Positions 29,893 through 40,562 are shown, counted from the stretch's first letter. The stretch is 64,000 nucleotides of DNA from an uncultured bacterium (GCA_964644695.1 CAZXWN010000001.1:368869-432868); one strand, 5' to 3'. Program-made: numbers and translations. The notes: generated by a model not told the origin, from the letters alone.

Positions 29893-30699
29893 TTATTTCA
29901 CAGGCGGTGAGGGTTTGTGAACCCTTTCAAAAAAATCGTTATATAATTCGAAGGTTTTTCTATCTTTCTTAATCAATTTGATGTTGTCTGCTAAATACCG
30001 TACTAAGTCATCAACAGATAGTTTACCTTTTTCATCAGAGGCTGTCTGACCAAATCCAGCATAATGATCTGGATATGCTGCATACCAGTTTATGGGAGTA
30101 GAAATATTAGGCAGGTGTGAAAGTCGATTCAAAGAATAACCGGGGTTCTCAGGAAGAGCTTCCATATCAACAAGTTCAGGATTTAAGTGTTGGATAATTG
30201 ATGTTTCAGATTCACCTGCATGCCCATCTTCTTTGGATTCTTTCAACTTATCCCAAATAGCATGAAATTCTGGAGAACAGTATCCTCTCAACCAGTAACA
30301 GACATAGGGCTTTTGCTTTTCCAGCATTAATTGGAGATAAAAATGGAGGAAGGACTCATTTCCTCCATGGTAATTGAAAAAGACAATTTTTTTGAATCCA
30401 TTACGAGCAATTTCATCACAAACATTCTCAAGAAGTTCCATCAATAGTTTTCCAGATATAGCAACTGCACCATGCTGATGTTTAGCTTCATGAATTTGAG
30501 TGAAGTAATAATCAGGGAAGACTACAACGGGTTCTATCTCTGCAGCTAATCGGGCTACATTGCGTGCCACAATCATATCAGTACCAATAGGAAGATGTTC
30601 ACCATGCTTTTCCATACAACCCATTGGAATAATGCAGGTTTCTTTTGATTGAATAATTGCGGCAGGAAATTGCTGTGCTGTAAGAGATTCCCAGAGCAT
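29893..30699 (-). CDS. Creatininase-family amidohydrolase
   Basis: PMGCMEKHGEHLPIGTD, NYHGGN, GHAGESETS. Confidence 0.9.
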   Translation of the reverse strand: MLWESLTAQQFPAAIIQSKETCIIPMGCMEKHGEHLPIGTDMIVARNVARLAAEIEPVVVFPDYYFTQIHEAKHQHGAVAISGKLLMELLENVCDEIARNGFKKIVFFNYHGGNESFLHFYLQLMLEKQKPYVCYWLRGYCSPEFHAIWDKLKESKEDGHAGESETSIIQHLNPELVDMEALPENPGYSLNRLSHLPNISTPINWYAAYPDHYAGFGQTASDEKGKLSVDDLVRYLADNIKLIKKDRKTFELYNDFFERVHKPSPPVK

Positions 30700-30719
30700 C
30701 TATAATCCTTAAATAAAAA

Positions 30720-30812
30720 TGGCGGAGGGACAGGGATTCGAACCCTGGGTAGCGCTTATGGCACTACAACGGTTTAGCAAACCGCCGCCTTCAGCCTCTC
30801 GGCCATCCCTCC
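30720..30812 (-). tRNA. tRNA-Ser(GCU)
   Basis: ggaggga...tccctcc-g-cca; loop ttgctaa; long variable arm. Confidence 0.95.
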
Positions 30813-30889
30813 GCATGTAGCGGACTATCATTTACTTAAATGCGAAAATTATTCTAACATATTTTTATACTGCTCTCTATATTCTATGT

Positions 30890-31870
30890 TTAGGAATTCT
30901 TATATAAAAAACAGGCTACTGAGTGGCCTGGAGTTACCTCCTCTAATATTGGTTCAGTCTTCCTGCAAACAGGCATGACTCGGGGGCATCTGCTGGCAAA
31001 TCGACATCCATGAGGAGTATTGATTGGACTTGGAACCTCGCCTTTTAATGGCGAGATATGAGCGGATTGTTCTGGCTCCATTTGTGGCATAGATGAAATC
31101 AATGACTGGGTGTAAGGATGTTGTGGATTATTAAACACCTGATTTGATGAAGATATTTCTACGATTTTCCCCAGATACATTACCGCAATTCGATCACTAA
31201 CATGATTTACGACTCTTAAATCATGAGAAATAAATATATATGAAAGGTTGTATTTCTTCCGAAGGTCTATTAAGAGGTTAATGATCTGTGCCTGAACTGA
31301 TACATCGAGTGAAGATACGGGTTCATCAGCAATAATCAGCTCAGGTTCAATAGCCAGGGCTCTTGCAATGCCAATTCTTTGTCTCTGTCCTCCAGAAAAC
31401 TCATGAGGATACCGGTATCCAATATCTGGATCCAATCCAACAGACTCTAGCAGTTCAGACACCTTTACCGATATTTCAGTGGAAGAGAGACGTTTATATG
31501 ATCTTAGACCTTCTGCAATACTATCTCCCACGGACATTCTTGGATTTAATGAACTAAAAGGATCTTGAAAGATGATTTGAATTTTTTGTCGATATTTCCT
31601 AAATTGTTTTTCATTTAATTCTAATAAATTCTCAGATCCATCATAACTAAGATATCCAGAACTATTGCCAACCAGCTTGGTTATTACTCGTCCCAGAGTG
31701 CTTTTCCCGCATCCAGATTCCCCGACCAACCCTAGAGTCTCTCCCGTATGAATTTGGAAGTCAACGCCATCTAGAGCTTTAACATAGCCCACAGTTTTCC
31801 TGAATACACCTCTACGAATAGGATAATACTTCTTTAAATCCTTTGCTTCAAACAATATTTCACTTCTCAT
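30890..31870 (-). CDS. oppF: Peptide ABC transporter ATPase (OppF/DppF)
   Basis: GESGCGKST, YPHEFSGGQRQR, DEPVSSLD, Cys-rich tail. Confidence 0.9.
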   Translation of the reverse strand: MRSEILFEAKDLKKYYPIRRGVFRKTVGYVKALDGVDFQIHTGETLGLVGESGCGKSTLGRVITKLVGNSSGYLSYDGSENLLELNEKQFRKYRQKIQIIFQDPFSSLNPRMSVGDSIAEGLRSYKRLSSTEISVKVSELLESVGLDPDIGYRYPHEFSGGQRQRIGIARALAIEPELIIADEPVSSLDVSVQAQIINLLIDLRKKYNLSYIFISHDLRVVNHVSDRIAVMYLGKIVEISSSNQVFNNPQHPYTQSLISSMPQMEPEQSAHISPLKGEVPSPINTPHGCRFASRCPRVMPVCRKTEPILEEVTPGHSVACFLYKNS

Positions 31871-32834
31871 CAGGAAGTCTCCCTGCAAAAAAACAACGAG
31901 ATTGACGACCCGGTGAGACTTCAAAAAGACAGGGGTTATTTACCTTGCACTGTTCTTGAACATAAGGACATCGAGGATGAAAATGACATCCATTAGGCCA
32001 GTTTAATGGATTAGGAACCGTTCCTGGAATTGAAAATAATTTTTCGCCATGCTTATGTTTTCCCGGCAAAGATTTTATCAATCCAAGAGTATATGGGTGT
32101 TCAGGTTTTTTGAGAAACTCTTTTATGGGGGCATTTTCTACGATCTGTCCAGCATACATCACTGCAACTCTGTCTGCCAATTGAGCAACAATCCCTAAAT
32201 CATGCGTTATCAATAAAACAGACATAGTATATTGTTTTTTTAGATCTTTCAGTAGAGTTATTATCTGACTTTGAATGGAAACGTCTAAAGCTGTAGTTGG
32301 TTCATCAGCAATAAGCAATTGAGGCTGGCAGGCAATTGCCATAGCTATCATTACACGCTGACACATTCCACCAGACATCTGGTGTGGGTATTCATGATAA
32401 CGAATATCCGGTTGGGAAATCCCCACGTTTTCTAATAATGAGATCGCTTTTAAAGAGGCTTGTTTATGAGATATTTTTTCATGATTTTCTATTACTTCAG
32501 TAATCTGTTTTCCAATAGTAAAAACAGGATTGAGAGAAGACATAGGTTCTTGAAAAATCATTCCAATTTTCTTTCCTCTGATCTTTCGTAGTTCTTCTTG
32601 TTTCATTCCAATTAATTCATGTTTATTTAACTCAATACTGCCTTCAAGAAAACAGTTTGATAGTTGCAAAATGGATAATGCGGTAACAGTTTTGCCAGAC
32701 CCAGATTCACCCACTAAACCAACAACTTCGCCAGGATTTATATGTAAACTCAAATCATCAACAACCTTTATAGAGTTATGCTCCGATTTAAAAGAAGATG
32801 ATAAATGAGAAATTTTCAAGATTGGCTGAGTCAC
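31860..32834 (-). CDS. oppD: Peptide ABC transporter ATPase (OppD/DppD)
   Basis: GESGSGKT, YPHQMSGGMCQR, DEPTTALD; GTG start overlapping upstream TGA. Confidence 0.9.
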   Translation of the reverse strand: MTQPILKISHLSSSFKSEHNSIKVVDDLSLHINPGEVVGLVGESGSGKTVTALSILQLSNCFLEGSIELNKHELIGMKQEELRKIRGKKIGMIFQEPMSSLNPVFTIGKQITEVIENHEKISHKQASLKAISLLENVGISQPDIRYHEYPHQMSGGMCQRVMIAMAIACQPQLLIADEPTTALDVSIQSQIITLLKDLKKQYTMSVLLITHDLGIVAQLADRVAVMYAGQIVENAPIKEFLKKPEHPYTLGLIKSLPGKHKHGEKLFSIPGTVPNPLNWPNGCHFHPRCPYVQEQCKVNNPCLFEVSPGRQSRCFFAGRLPDEK

Positions 32835-33826
32835 TGTGAATCCCCTGATCCAGTTAATCTTGGATCTAAAGCATCTCTTAATCCTTCGCCTAAGAGATTG
32901 TAGGCAAGAACTGTTAAAAATATAGCCAATCCTGGGAATAAGGGGAGCCACCATGCAATGGTTAAATATTTATGGCCTTGGGATAGAATTTCACCCCAAC
33001 TAGCAGTTGGAATCTGAACTCCAAAACCCAGGAATGTTAGCGATGATTCAACTAAAACGGCACTAGCTATTCCAAAAGTTGCACTAACTAAAACTGGCGC
33101 AATGGCGTTGGGCAATATATGCCGAAATATAATCTTCGAATTCGATAAACCTAAGCAACGTGCGGCAAGAATATACTCTTCATTCCTTATTTTAATAAAC
33201 TCTCCTCGAGTTAATCTTGCTATTCCTGTCCATGAAGTTAATCCAATAACTATCATTATTTTATAAATTCCTGGTTCAAGAAAAGCCATCACAGCTAACA
33301 CAAGGAAGAAAAAAGGGAAACACATCATAATTTCAATAAATCGAGAAATTAAAGAATCTAGCCATCCACCATAATAACCAGCCATAGCACCTATACACAC
33401 CCCCACAATTAACGAAATGCCTACGGCAATAATTCCTACCTGCAATGAAATCCTAGATCCATGTATCATTCTTGCCAAGACGTCCCGACCATTTTCATCA
33501 GTACCTAACCAATGATTTGGTGAAGGAGCAAGCAAGCATTCATTTAGATTCACACCAATAGGGGAGTAGGGTATAGGAGGTAAAATGGAGAAATCTGATT
33601 TATTGATAATGTTAAGCCAATCGACTTGTTTCAAATCCTGTGGTACATATATGCATGGCAATAACAAACGGTTTTGATATATTACTAATATTGGTTTGTC
33701 ATTAGCTATTAGGGGAGCAAAAAAAGCAATTAACGATAGAAGTATTATAAAAATCCCACCTGTTAAAGCCAATCGATTATGTAGTATTTTTCGAAATATG
33801 AAATGTCTATAGCTTTTTTTATTCAT
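32831..33826 (-). CDS. oppC: Peptide ABC transporter permease (OppC)
   Basis: HWLGTDENGRDV, EYILAARCLG...RHILPN. Confidence 0.9.
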   Translation of the reverse strand: MNKKSYRHFIFRKILHNRLALTGGIFIILLSLIAFFAPLIANDKPILVIYQNRLLLPCIYVPQDLKQVDWLNIINKSDFSILPPIPYSPIGVNLNECLLAPSPNHWLGTDENGRDVLARMIHGSRISLQVGIIAVGISLIVGVCIGAMAGYYGGWLDSLISRFIEIMMCFPFFFLVLAVMAFLEPGIYKIMIVIGLTSWTGIARLTRGEFIKIRNEEYILAARCLGLSNSKIIFRHILPNAIAPVLVSATFGIASAVLVESSLTFLGFGVQIPTASWGEILSQGHKYLTIAWWLPLFPGLAIFLTVLAYNLLGEGLRDALDPRLTGSGDSQ

Positions 33827-34799
33827 AATGAATTCTCGGATCAACAACAGCATATAAAATATCAGACAATAGTGTACTCAATAAAACAAGTATTGAAGTA
33901 AAAACAGTTAATCCCATTATTACGGTATAATCCCTGCTGTTAAGAGCATCAAAGAATAACCATCCTAATCCAGGCCATGAGAATATTTGTTCAATAATTA
34001 CACTTCCACCTAATAAACCAGGCAACTCCAAGCCTAATAAAGTCACAATAGGAATTAAAGCATTCGATAATGCATGTTTATAAATAACTTTACGTTCTGA
34101 GAGTCCCTTTGCACGAGCCGTACGAATATAATCCTGTCTAATAACCTCGAGCATTGACGAACGGACATAACGGGAAATCACAGCAAATCCTGCATATGAA
34201 AAGCAAACTAATGGCAGTATCATATGCTTTAATCTATCAAACAACCATGGCCACCATCTCATATATTCGGAGTCTAAACTTTGAATACCACTAGCCGGAA
34301 ACCAGTTTAATTTCACATAAAACAACATAATAAGAAGTAAGGCCAGCCATATTACTGGTATTGCATACAAAATAAATAATACAGTAGTGATACTTTTATC
34401 AAAAAAAGTATTTTGTTTCTCAGCAGAGAAAACACCAAGCGGCAAGGAAACAGTGTAAACAATAATTAATGCCAATAAATTCAGAAGTAACGTATTGGGA
34501 AGAGCTTCCCATATTTTTTCGGTCACTTTTCTATGGTCTTTTAGGGATTCACCCAAGTCTAGACACACGAGTCTTTTCATCCATCTAAAATATTGAACAG
34601 GTAGGGCATCATTTAACCCAAGAGTTTCCTTCATTTGTTCAATATTTACTGCCGACATTCCTTTTCCGATGGAATCACCCTGCAAAGCCATTGTTGCAGG
34701 ATCTCCAGGAGCTAAATGCATAATGAAAAAAGTAATCAAACTGATTCCTATAAATGTAGGAATAGCCAATAAGACTCTTCTCAAAATATACGACCACAT
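33819..34799 (-). CDS. oppB: Peptide ABC transporter permease (OppB)
   Basis: LAPGDP, DYIRTARAKGL, FSWPGLG. Confidence 0.9.
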   Translation of the reverse strand: MWSYILRRVLLAIPTFIGISLITFFIMHLAPGDPATMALQGDSIGKGMSAVNIEQMKETLGLNDALPVQYFRWMKRLVCLDLGESLKDHRKVTEKIWEALPNTLLLNLLALIIVYTVSLPLGVFSAEKQNTFFDKSITTVLFILYAIPVIWLALLLIMLFYVKLNWFPASGIQSLDSEYMRWWPWLFDRLKHMILPLVCFSYAGFAVISRYVRSSMLEVIRQDYIRTARAKGLSERKVIYKHALSNALIPIVTLLGLELPGLLGGSVIIEQIFSWPGLGWLFFDALNSRDYTVIMGLTVFTSILVLLSTLLSDILYAVVDPRIHYE

Positions 34800-34801
34800 T
34801 A

Positions 34802-36472
34802 TTAATATCTCCGATATTTCTGCATATCGTTGGGAACCCACCAATTCAATTGTCCAGGATTATAAAGGAAAAGACCCAACCCCTGATTTGATAATTTCAC
34901 ATCTTGAAATCTTCGATCAACAGCTACAAGAGAGGGACTATGAAACATAAAAGTGTAAGGTTGTTCATCGGCTAATATTTGATGAATGCGATGATATAGC
35001 TCCGTACGCTTCTTGATATTAAAAGTGGTTCGGCCTTCTTCAATAAGCCTATCTACTTCAGGATTAGAATAATTGACATAGTTGAGTCCTTCTTTTATTT
35101 GACTACTATGCCAAATCATATAAGGGTCAGGATCCAATGATAAACTCCATCCAAGAGTAGCTGCTTCATAGTCTCTATCTTTTATTCTTTCGAGGAATGT
35201 TGCCCATTCCATTTGCTGAGGCTCAAGAATTACGCCAATTTTACGAAGATCTTCCTGATAAATAATGGTAATTCTTTTGCCCAGATCTGAACTGCTGGTT
35301 AAGAGAAACTTAAATTTAAACGGAATTCCATTCTTGTATAAAATACCATCTTTACCGAGTTTCCACCCTGCCTCACTTAATAGTAACCTTGCCTTATTTA
35401 AGTCGAATTGAATTGGTTTTATAGTTGTGTCATTAGCCCACGACTTCGGATAAAAGGGGCCTGAACATAATTCTCCCAATCCATAAAATACTTTTTCTTT
35501 AATGAGTTCTCTATTTAGGGAATACGACATAGCTTGACGGACCTTCTTATCCTTAAAAAAAGGATTCCGACCATCAGCATTCCAAGCAATATATGAAAAA
35601 GAACGTGTGTAATAGTTCATCTTACAAAATTTATTTTCAAAATCTGATGATTTGGAAAATTTTTTCCACTGGAGAGGTGTTAAGCCTTCCACGTCAAGAT
35701 CACCTTTTAACAAAGAATTGAAACTGACAGTCTGATCTGGAATCATCTTAAAGACAATCTTCTTTAAATAGGGTTTTGTCCCCCAATAATTATTGTTTGC
35801 TGTTAACATGATATATTGATTTGACTTCCATTTTTGAAAGACATAGGGACCAGAACCAATTGGATTTTTATTGTAATCAGATTTTAAAAAATCTTCTTTT
35901 TCAAATATGTGTTTTGGAATTATAGAAAATCCCCACGACTCAAGAGCTGGTGAAAATGGGACTTTATAAACAGCCTTTAAAGTATCTTTGTTTATTACTT
36001 CAAATCTATCAACATATTCAAAATCAGCTCTCTTATTTTCCGCAAGAGATTTTGGGTCCATGATTTTATCCCAAGTGTATTTGACATCATATGCAGTTAA
36101 GGGAACACCATCATGAAACTTAACATCAGACCGAAGGTGGAATATAAAAGACTTATTGTCTTTTGAAATATTCCAAGAAGTTGCAACACTGGGAATAATG
36201 TTCCCATCAGAGTCAACATCAATCATTTTGCTAAAAATGAGATCGTTCACATAACTTGAGTACAAATCAGATGAAGTGACAGGATTTAATGTTTGAGGAT
36301 CGCTACCTAAATTTCGAATAAGCCAATCTCCATAAGCAGGTGGCCCCGGAGAGTGAATGGACTTGGAATGAGAATTAGAAGACACTGAGTGATTTGAAGA
36401 ACAACTGACTAATAGAAATAAAAAGGGAATTAAACCAATTAAGAATCTTTTTGAATTCAAGGAGATTCTCAA
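34802..36472 (-). CDS. oppA: Peptide ABC transporter substrate-binding lipoprotein (SBP family 5)
   Basis: Lipobox LVSC; LRSDVKFHDG, PIGSGPY. Confidence 0.88.
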   Translation of the reverse strand: MRISLNSKRFLIGLIPFLFLLVSCSSNHSVSSNSHSKSIHSPGPPAYGDWLIRNLGSDPQTLNPVTSSDLYSSYVNDLIFSKMIDVDSDGNIIPSVATSWNISKDNKSFIFHLRSDVKFHDGVPLTAYDVKYTWDKIMDPKSLAENKRADFEYVDRFEVINKDTLKAVYKVPFSPALESWGFSIIPKHIFEKEDFLKSDYNKNPIGSGPYVFQKWKSNQYIMLTANNNYWGTKPYLKKIVFKMIPDQTVSFNSLLKGDLDVEGLTPLQWKKFSKSSDFENKFCKMNYYTRSFSYIAWNADGRNPFFKDKKVRQAMSYSLNRELIKEKVFYGLGELCSGPFYPKSWANDTTIKPIQFDLNKARLLLSEAGWKLGKDGILYKNGIPFKFKFLLTSSSDLGKRITIIYQEDLRKIGVILEPQQMEWATFLERIKDRDYEAATLGWSLSLDPDPYMIWHSSQIKEGLNYVNYSNPEVDRLIEEGRTTFNIKKRTELYHRIHQILADEQPYTFMFHSPSLVAVDRRFQDVKLSNQGLGLFLYNPGQLNWWVPNDMQKYRRY

Positions 36473-36510
36473 GGTTAACTCCCTTCTAAAATGCTAAATT
36501 AGTATGCCTT

Positions 36511-36870
36511 TTATTTTGATGGAGTAGCAACAGGCTGCTGTACCGGAGCCACCGCAGGTGCTGGTGTTGGTACTGTGGTAGATGTTGGGGCTGATGTTCG
36601 TGATTTCATATCGTCAGTTACAGAACGACTTGAGGGCCCCTGGGTAGATAAATAGGAAAGAGATAAGGTCGTTACCAAAAACAAACCTGCGATTATGGCA
36701 GTGAGAATAGATAAAGGCTTTTCAACACCTTGTCCGCCAAACATATCTCCTCCGGAACCCATTAAACCCGATAACCCAGAGCCCTTACCGGCCTGCAAAA
36801 GAATAACAAGCATTAAAAATAGACAAACAAAAACATGAAGCACCACAAGAAAACCATATAAGAAATTCAT
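36511..36870 (-). CDS. secG: Preprotein translocase subunit SecG
   Basis: ILLQAGKGSGL between two TM helices. Confidence 0.9.
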   Translation of the reverse strand: MNFLYGFLVVLHVFVCLFLMLVILLQAGKGSGLSGLMGSGGDMFGGQGVEKPLSILTAIIAGLFLVTTLSLSYLSTQGPSSRSVTDDMKSRTSAPTSTTVPTPAPAVAPVQQPVATPSK

Positions 36871-36990
36871 TCGAAATTGCTCCTTAGTAACATAACTTTG
36901 AATTTATAGATTTTAAGTCATTCCACTATAAAAGGCAAGTAAACTCAACCTTTTACTTTACATTGCTAAATGGATTAAAATTAATACATT

Positions 36991-37749
36991 ATGGAAAAAC
37001 CACTATATATTGATGTTAAGCAACATAAGTTATTTGGAATTTTGCATGTACCTGATTTAAGCAATCCAGTTCCAGGGATAATAATGTGTCATGGTTTTAC
37101 TGGAAGCCATACAGAAGCGCATTTTTTCTTTGCAAAAATTGCCAGACAGTTATGTTGTCAAGGGTATGCTGTATTGAGATTTGATTTCTGGGGGTCTGGA
37201 AATAGTGAAGGTGCATTTTCTGATATGTCCATACACACAGAGATCGATGATGCTCTTGGAGCTTTGGAATGGTTAAAGAATCAACCTGAGATTGACTCAG
37301 AAAAGATGGGAGTAATTGGGTTAAGTTTAGGTGGATGCGTGGCAGCTTGTGTGGCAGGCCTTAGCCCTGACATAAAATCAACCGTACTATTATCTCCTGT
37401 TGGTGTACCCGATGAGGATTTTGCTTCATTTTTACCTGTGGTATACGAAGAAAGAACAACTCCAGCACTGTATGTTGGTAATGCTTTCCGGGAATCACTA
37501 AAAGTTGTCAGGCCTTTTGAAATAATAAAAAATACAAACAGCCAAGTGTTACTTATACATGGCGATAATGATGAAACGATATCTCACAAACGATCAGATG
37601 AATATGAATCAATATTATTAAGAAATAATAAATATGTTGAGAAAGTAATAATTTCTGATGCAGACCATACTTTTGCAATACGCAAACATGAAGATCAAGT
37701 AATATCCTTAATAAGTCATTGGGAATCAAAAGTATTCAAAAATCAATAA
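36991..37749 (+). CDS. Alpha/beta hydrolase
   Basis: CHGFTG, FDFWGSGNSEG, GLSLGG, IHGDND, ADH. Confidence 0.88.
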   Translation: MEKPLYIDVKQHKLFGILHVPDLSNPVPGIIMCHGFTGSHTEAHFFFAKIARQLCCQGYAVLRFDFWGSGNSEGAFSDMSIHTEIDDALGALEWLKNQPEIDSEKMGVIGLSLGGCVAACVAGLSPDIKSTVLLSPVGVPDEDFASFLPVVYEERTTPALYVGNAFRESLKVVRPFEIIKNTNSQVLLIHGDNDETISHKRSDEYESILLRNNKYVEKVIISDADHTFAIRKHEDQVISLISHWESKVFKNQ

Positions 37750-37776
37750 AAAATGCAGATTAAATGATGATGTTTG

Positions 37777-37805
37777 TTGACATATCATTGTTATGTTGCT
37801 ATTTT
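37777..37805 (+). promoter_or_regulatory. Sigma70-type promoter for the second pilin cassette
   Basis: TTGACA-17bp-TATTTT with TG extension. Confidence 0.45.
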
Positions 37806-37832
37806 TATATGTGAGTGACGTGAGGGCTATAT

Positions 37833-38312
37833 ATGAAAAAGGGATTCACATTATTTGAAGTTAGTGTAGCTTTGGCTATTGTAGGAGTTTTTTTGCTATT
37901 GGGAATTCCCAATTTCATTCGCTGGACTAACCACTACAAAGTCAATGGCGTGGCGGATGAAATCGCAAATGGCCTACGGTATGCACAACAACAAACAATT
38001 ACGGAGCAAAAGCCATATTATGTTCAGTTCTATTTAGCCAATGACATCCCCCCACTAAACAATTCAAAAAACAGTATGAAAATCTATAGACTTGAATCAG
38101 GTAATGAAATCGTTTTAAAAAAAATAGTTTTTCATGAAGCCTATTTAGCACAAACAGATTTGGCAAACCAAAGACTTCAATATCGTGTAAATGGATCCTG
38201 CGATTCAATGGGCCGACTGAAAATCACTGAAAAAGAAGATGGAACAGGTACCTTAAGTGTTGTACGTATCGTTTCCGCAACAGGGAAAATTGGAACCTCA
38301 GAAACGTGGTAA
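37833..38312 (+). CDS. Prepilin (FimU/GspH-like)
   Basis: KG|FTLFEVSV...IPNF. Confidence 0.8.
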   Translation: MKKGFTLFEVSVALAIVGVFLLLGIPNFIRWTNHYKVNGVADEIANGLRYAQQQTITEQKPYYVQFYLANDIPPLNNSKNSMKIYRLESGNEIVLKKIVFHEAYLAQTDLANQRLQYRVNGSCDSMGRLKITEKEDGTGTLSVVRIVSATGKIGTSETW

Positions 38313-38319
38313 ATCGTAT

Positions 38320-38709
38320 ATGAAAAACAATGGATTTTCTTTAATTGAAGTTTTGATGGCAATCTTTATTGGATCTTTGATATTGGGATCAGTGTTAGTA
38401 ACTGTTTCCATGGGTATGACCGTCCTCAAATCAGCAGAAGATTATACAGAAGCCAGTACTGCCGGACAACAAGTCATGGAAGAATTATTGCATGAAACAT
38501 GGGATACCGTCACAAGCAAGAAAGATGCTCTTACCTATCGAAGAGCTGTAAATTTTTCAGGAGATACAACACGTTTTAAAAGTAATATTTATGTTGCCAC
38601 AAATCCCGCCCCATTAAATAACAATCTTTGTCAGATTACTGTAAAAATCTATTGGAAGGGCAAAAAAGGTGACAATGATTTAACCCTTTCCACATTGCGA
38701 GTAAAGTAA
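38320..38709 (+). CDS. Prepilin (PilV/GspI-like)
   Basis: NG|FSLIEVLMA. Confidence 0.8.
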   Translation: MKNNGFSLIEVLMAIFIGSLILGSVLVTVSMGMTVLKSAEDYTEASTAGQQVMEELLHETWDTVTSKKDALTYRRAVNFSGDTTRFKSNIYVATNPAPLNNNLCQITVKIYWKGKKGDNDLTLSTLRVK

Positions 38710-39263
38710 TGAAAACAAAATATTTATTACAATCCACACAATCAGGGTTTAGTCTTTTGGAATTGATGATTTCCATTACGTTATTGTCTCTTTTGACATT
38801 AACTCTCTTTATGGGGTTGAATTTTACAATCAGAGCGTGGGGAATATCTGATACCAGAATTGAGTTAGAACAGAATGTTAGAAACTCTCTTGACTGGATG
38901 TCTATGGAGCTAAGAGAAGCAACTACTTATAGTACAGGAGAAGCTGTCCTGGCTCCATCAATGTCTGTTGCGACGAGTAATTATCTACAATTCACCAAAC
39001 CTGCAAAACCTTTCAATATTAATATTCCAACCGTACAAACCACAAAATATGAACTGAATGGATCCAATCTTATTCGAACCGTCAATGGACTGGATACAAC
39101 TATTGTAGCTTCCGGTATCACTAAATTTTTTGTACATCATGAAAAGGAAGGTAGTTTATATAACAATGAGCTGTTTATTATATCCGTAGGCGCAGTAACA
39201 ACGGTCGCGGATAAAACATATAACATTCAACTGCAAACCAAAGCAAGAGTGAGATCTATATAA
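38709..39263 (+). CDS. Prepilin (PilW/GspJ-like)
   Basis: SG|FSLLELMIS; MELREA. Confidence 0.8.
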   Translation: MKTKYLLQSTQSGFSLLELMISITLLSLLTLTLFMGLNFTIRAWGISDTRIELEQNVRNSLDWMSMELREATTYSTGEAVLAPSMSVATSNYLQFTKPAKPFNINIPTVQTTKYELNGSNLIRTVNGLDTTIVASGITKFFVHHEKEGSLYNNELFIISVGAVTTVADKTYNIQLQTKARVRSI

Positions 39264-39265
39264 GG

Positions 39266-40555
39266 GTGATTATCATGGGATATGTTAATCGATTTATAAA
39301 AAGACATTTTGCAAATAACAATAAACGAGGCGCTGCTTTACTATTGGCCATTATGTTAGGAGTAGTAATAATGGCAGTTGTAACACCATTATTTAACGTA
39401 GTGCTTCTTGAGCAACGTATGTCTGGTCTTCAAGGACATCGGACTTCCGCATTTTATCTTGCAGATGCAGGAGCTCAATATGCGCTTTACCAGCTGGAAA
39501 CAACAAAGGGAGCATGGAAGGGAACCACTACGCCCATCTATTTGACCAGAGGTACCGAAACAGTTGGACATTTTACGGTATCTATGGAATCCACCATTAA
39601 CAACTTTGGGCATATTGTTTATACTGCACGATCTATTGGCAGGCCATTAAATTCACTATCTATTGCATCAATTGAATCAAAATACAGAAGAGATGCGTAT
39701 GGTGATTACATGTTCCTTATTGATAACTTTGGCTCTACTTCTATGGGAACTGAAGATTATGTAACAGGGCGTGTACATTCAAACTCAGACCTACCAATTC
39801 GTGGAGCGCCGGTATATTTACGAACAGTGTCAACAAGTGGTGTCATAAAAAAATATACAGATAATACAAGGAACCCATCCGTACCTTATGGTCCGGCATT
39901 TCATGAAGGTTATGTGGAAAAGATTGGTAAAAAACCATTGCCCTCGGTTAGTGACTTTATGACCTTAAAAGGTAAGGCTCAAGCGAATGGTTTATATATT
40001 AGCCCCAGTAGTGATGTCACTTTGACTCTTAATGGAAAAATATTAACTGCTTATTATAAAACGGGGTCGAAATACACTACGGTTAACTATGACATCACTT
40101 CTGGTAATGGAGTTGTTTACATAAATGACCATGATATTTATATTTCGGGTCTTTTAAATGGGCAAGTCACTATTGCTGTGAACAATGATGTATTTGTAAC
40201 GGGCAATCTCTATTATCAGGATACAACCGAAACAAGTGATGACCTTTTAGGATTAATTGCAAAGCGTAACATTACTGTTAAAGATAGTGCTCCAAGTGAT
40301 TTTCTGATGTGCGCTGAGATGCTTGCAGTTGATGGGACTGTATCAGCAGAATGCCTGAGAAAGAAAACTATCTCTCGAGTATATGGTTCAATTGCCGCAA
40401 AAAATATGGGTGGATTTCTTATAAATGGAAAAGGGTATGCTGCCCAACAATGGCTATATGATAACAGATTAAAGTTCTTACAACCCCCCAATTACTTCAG
40501 CATCAGTAATGATGAGTATTACCAGGTATATTGGAAAAACTCCTACTTCATGTAA
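39266..40555 (+). CDS. PilX-like minor pilin with ComZ/DUF4900-like domain
   Basis: RG|AALLLA, AFYLADAGA; GRVHSN, GVVYI, VTGNLYY, LLGLIA. Confidence 0.72.
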   Translation: MIIMGYVNRFIKRHFANNNKRGAALLLAIMLGVVIMAVVTPLFNVVLLEQRMSGLQGHRTSAFYLADAGAQYALYQLETTKGAWKGTTTPIYLTRGTETVGHFTVSMESTINNFGHIVYTARSIGRPLNSLSIASIESKYRRDAYGDYMFLIDNFGSTSMGTEDYVTGRVHSNSDLPIRGAPVYLRTVSTSGVIKKYTDNTRNPSVPYGPAFHEGYVEKIGKKPLPSVSDFMTLKGKAQANGLYISPSSDVTLTLNGKILTAYYKTGSKYTTVNYDITSGNGVVYINDHDIYISGLLNGQVTIAVNNDVFVTGNLYYQDTTETSDDLLGLIAKRNITVKDSAPSDFLMCAEMLAVDGTVSAECLRKKTISRVYGSIAAKNMGGFLINGKGYAAQQWLYDNRLKFLQPPNYFSISNDEYYQVYWKNSYFM

Positions 40556-40562
40556 ATAAACG

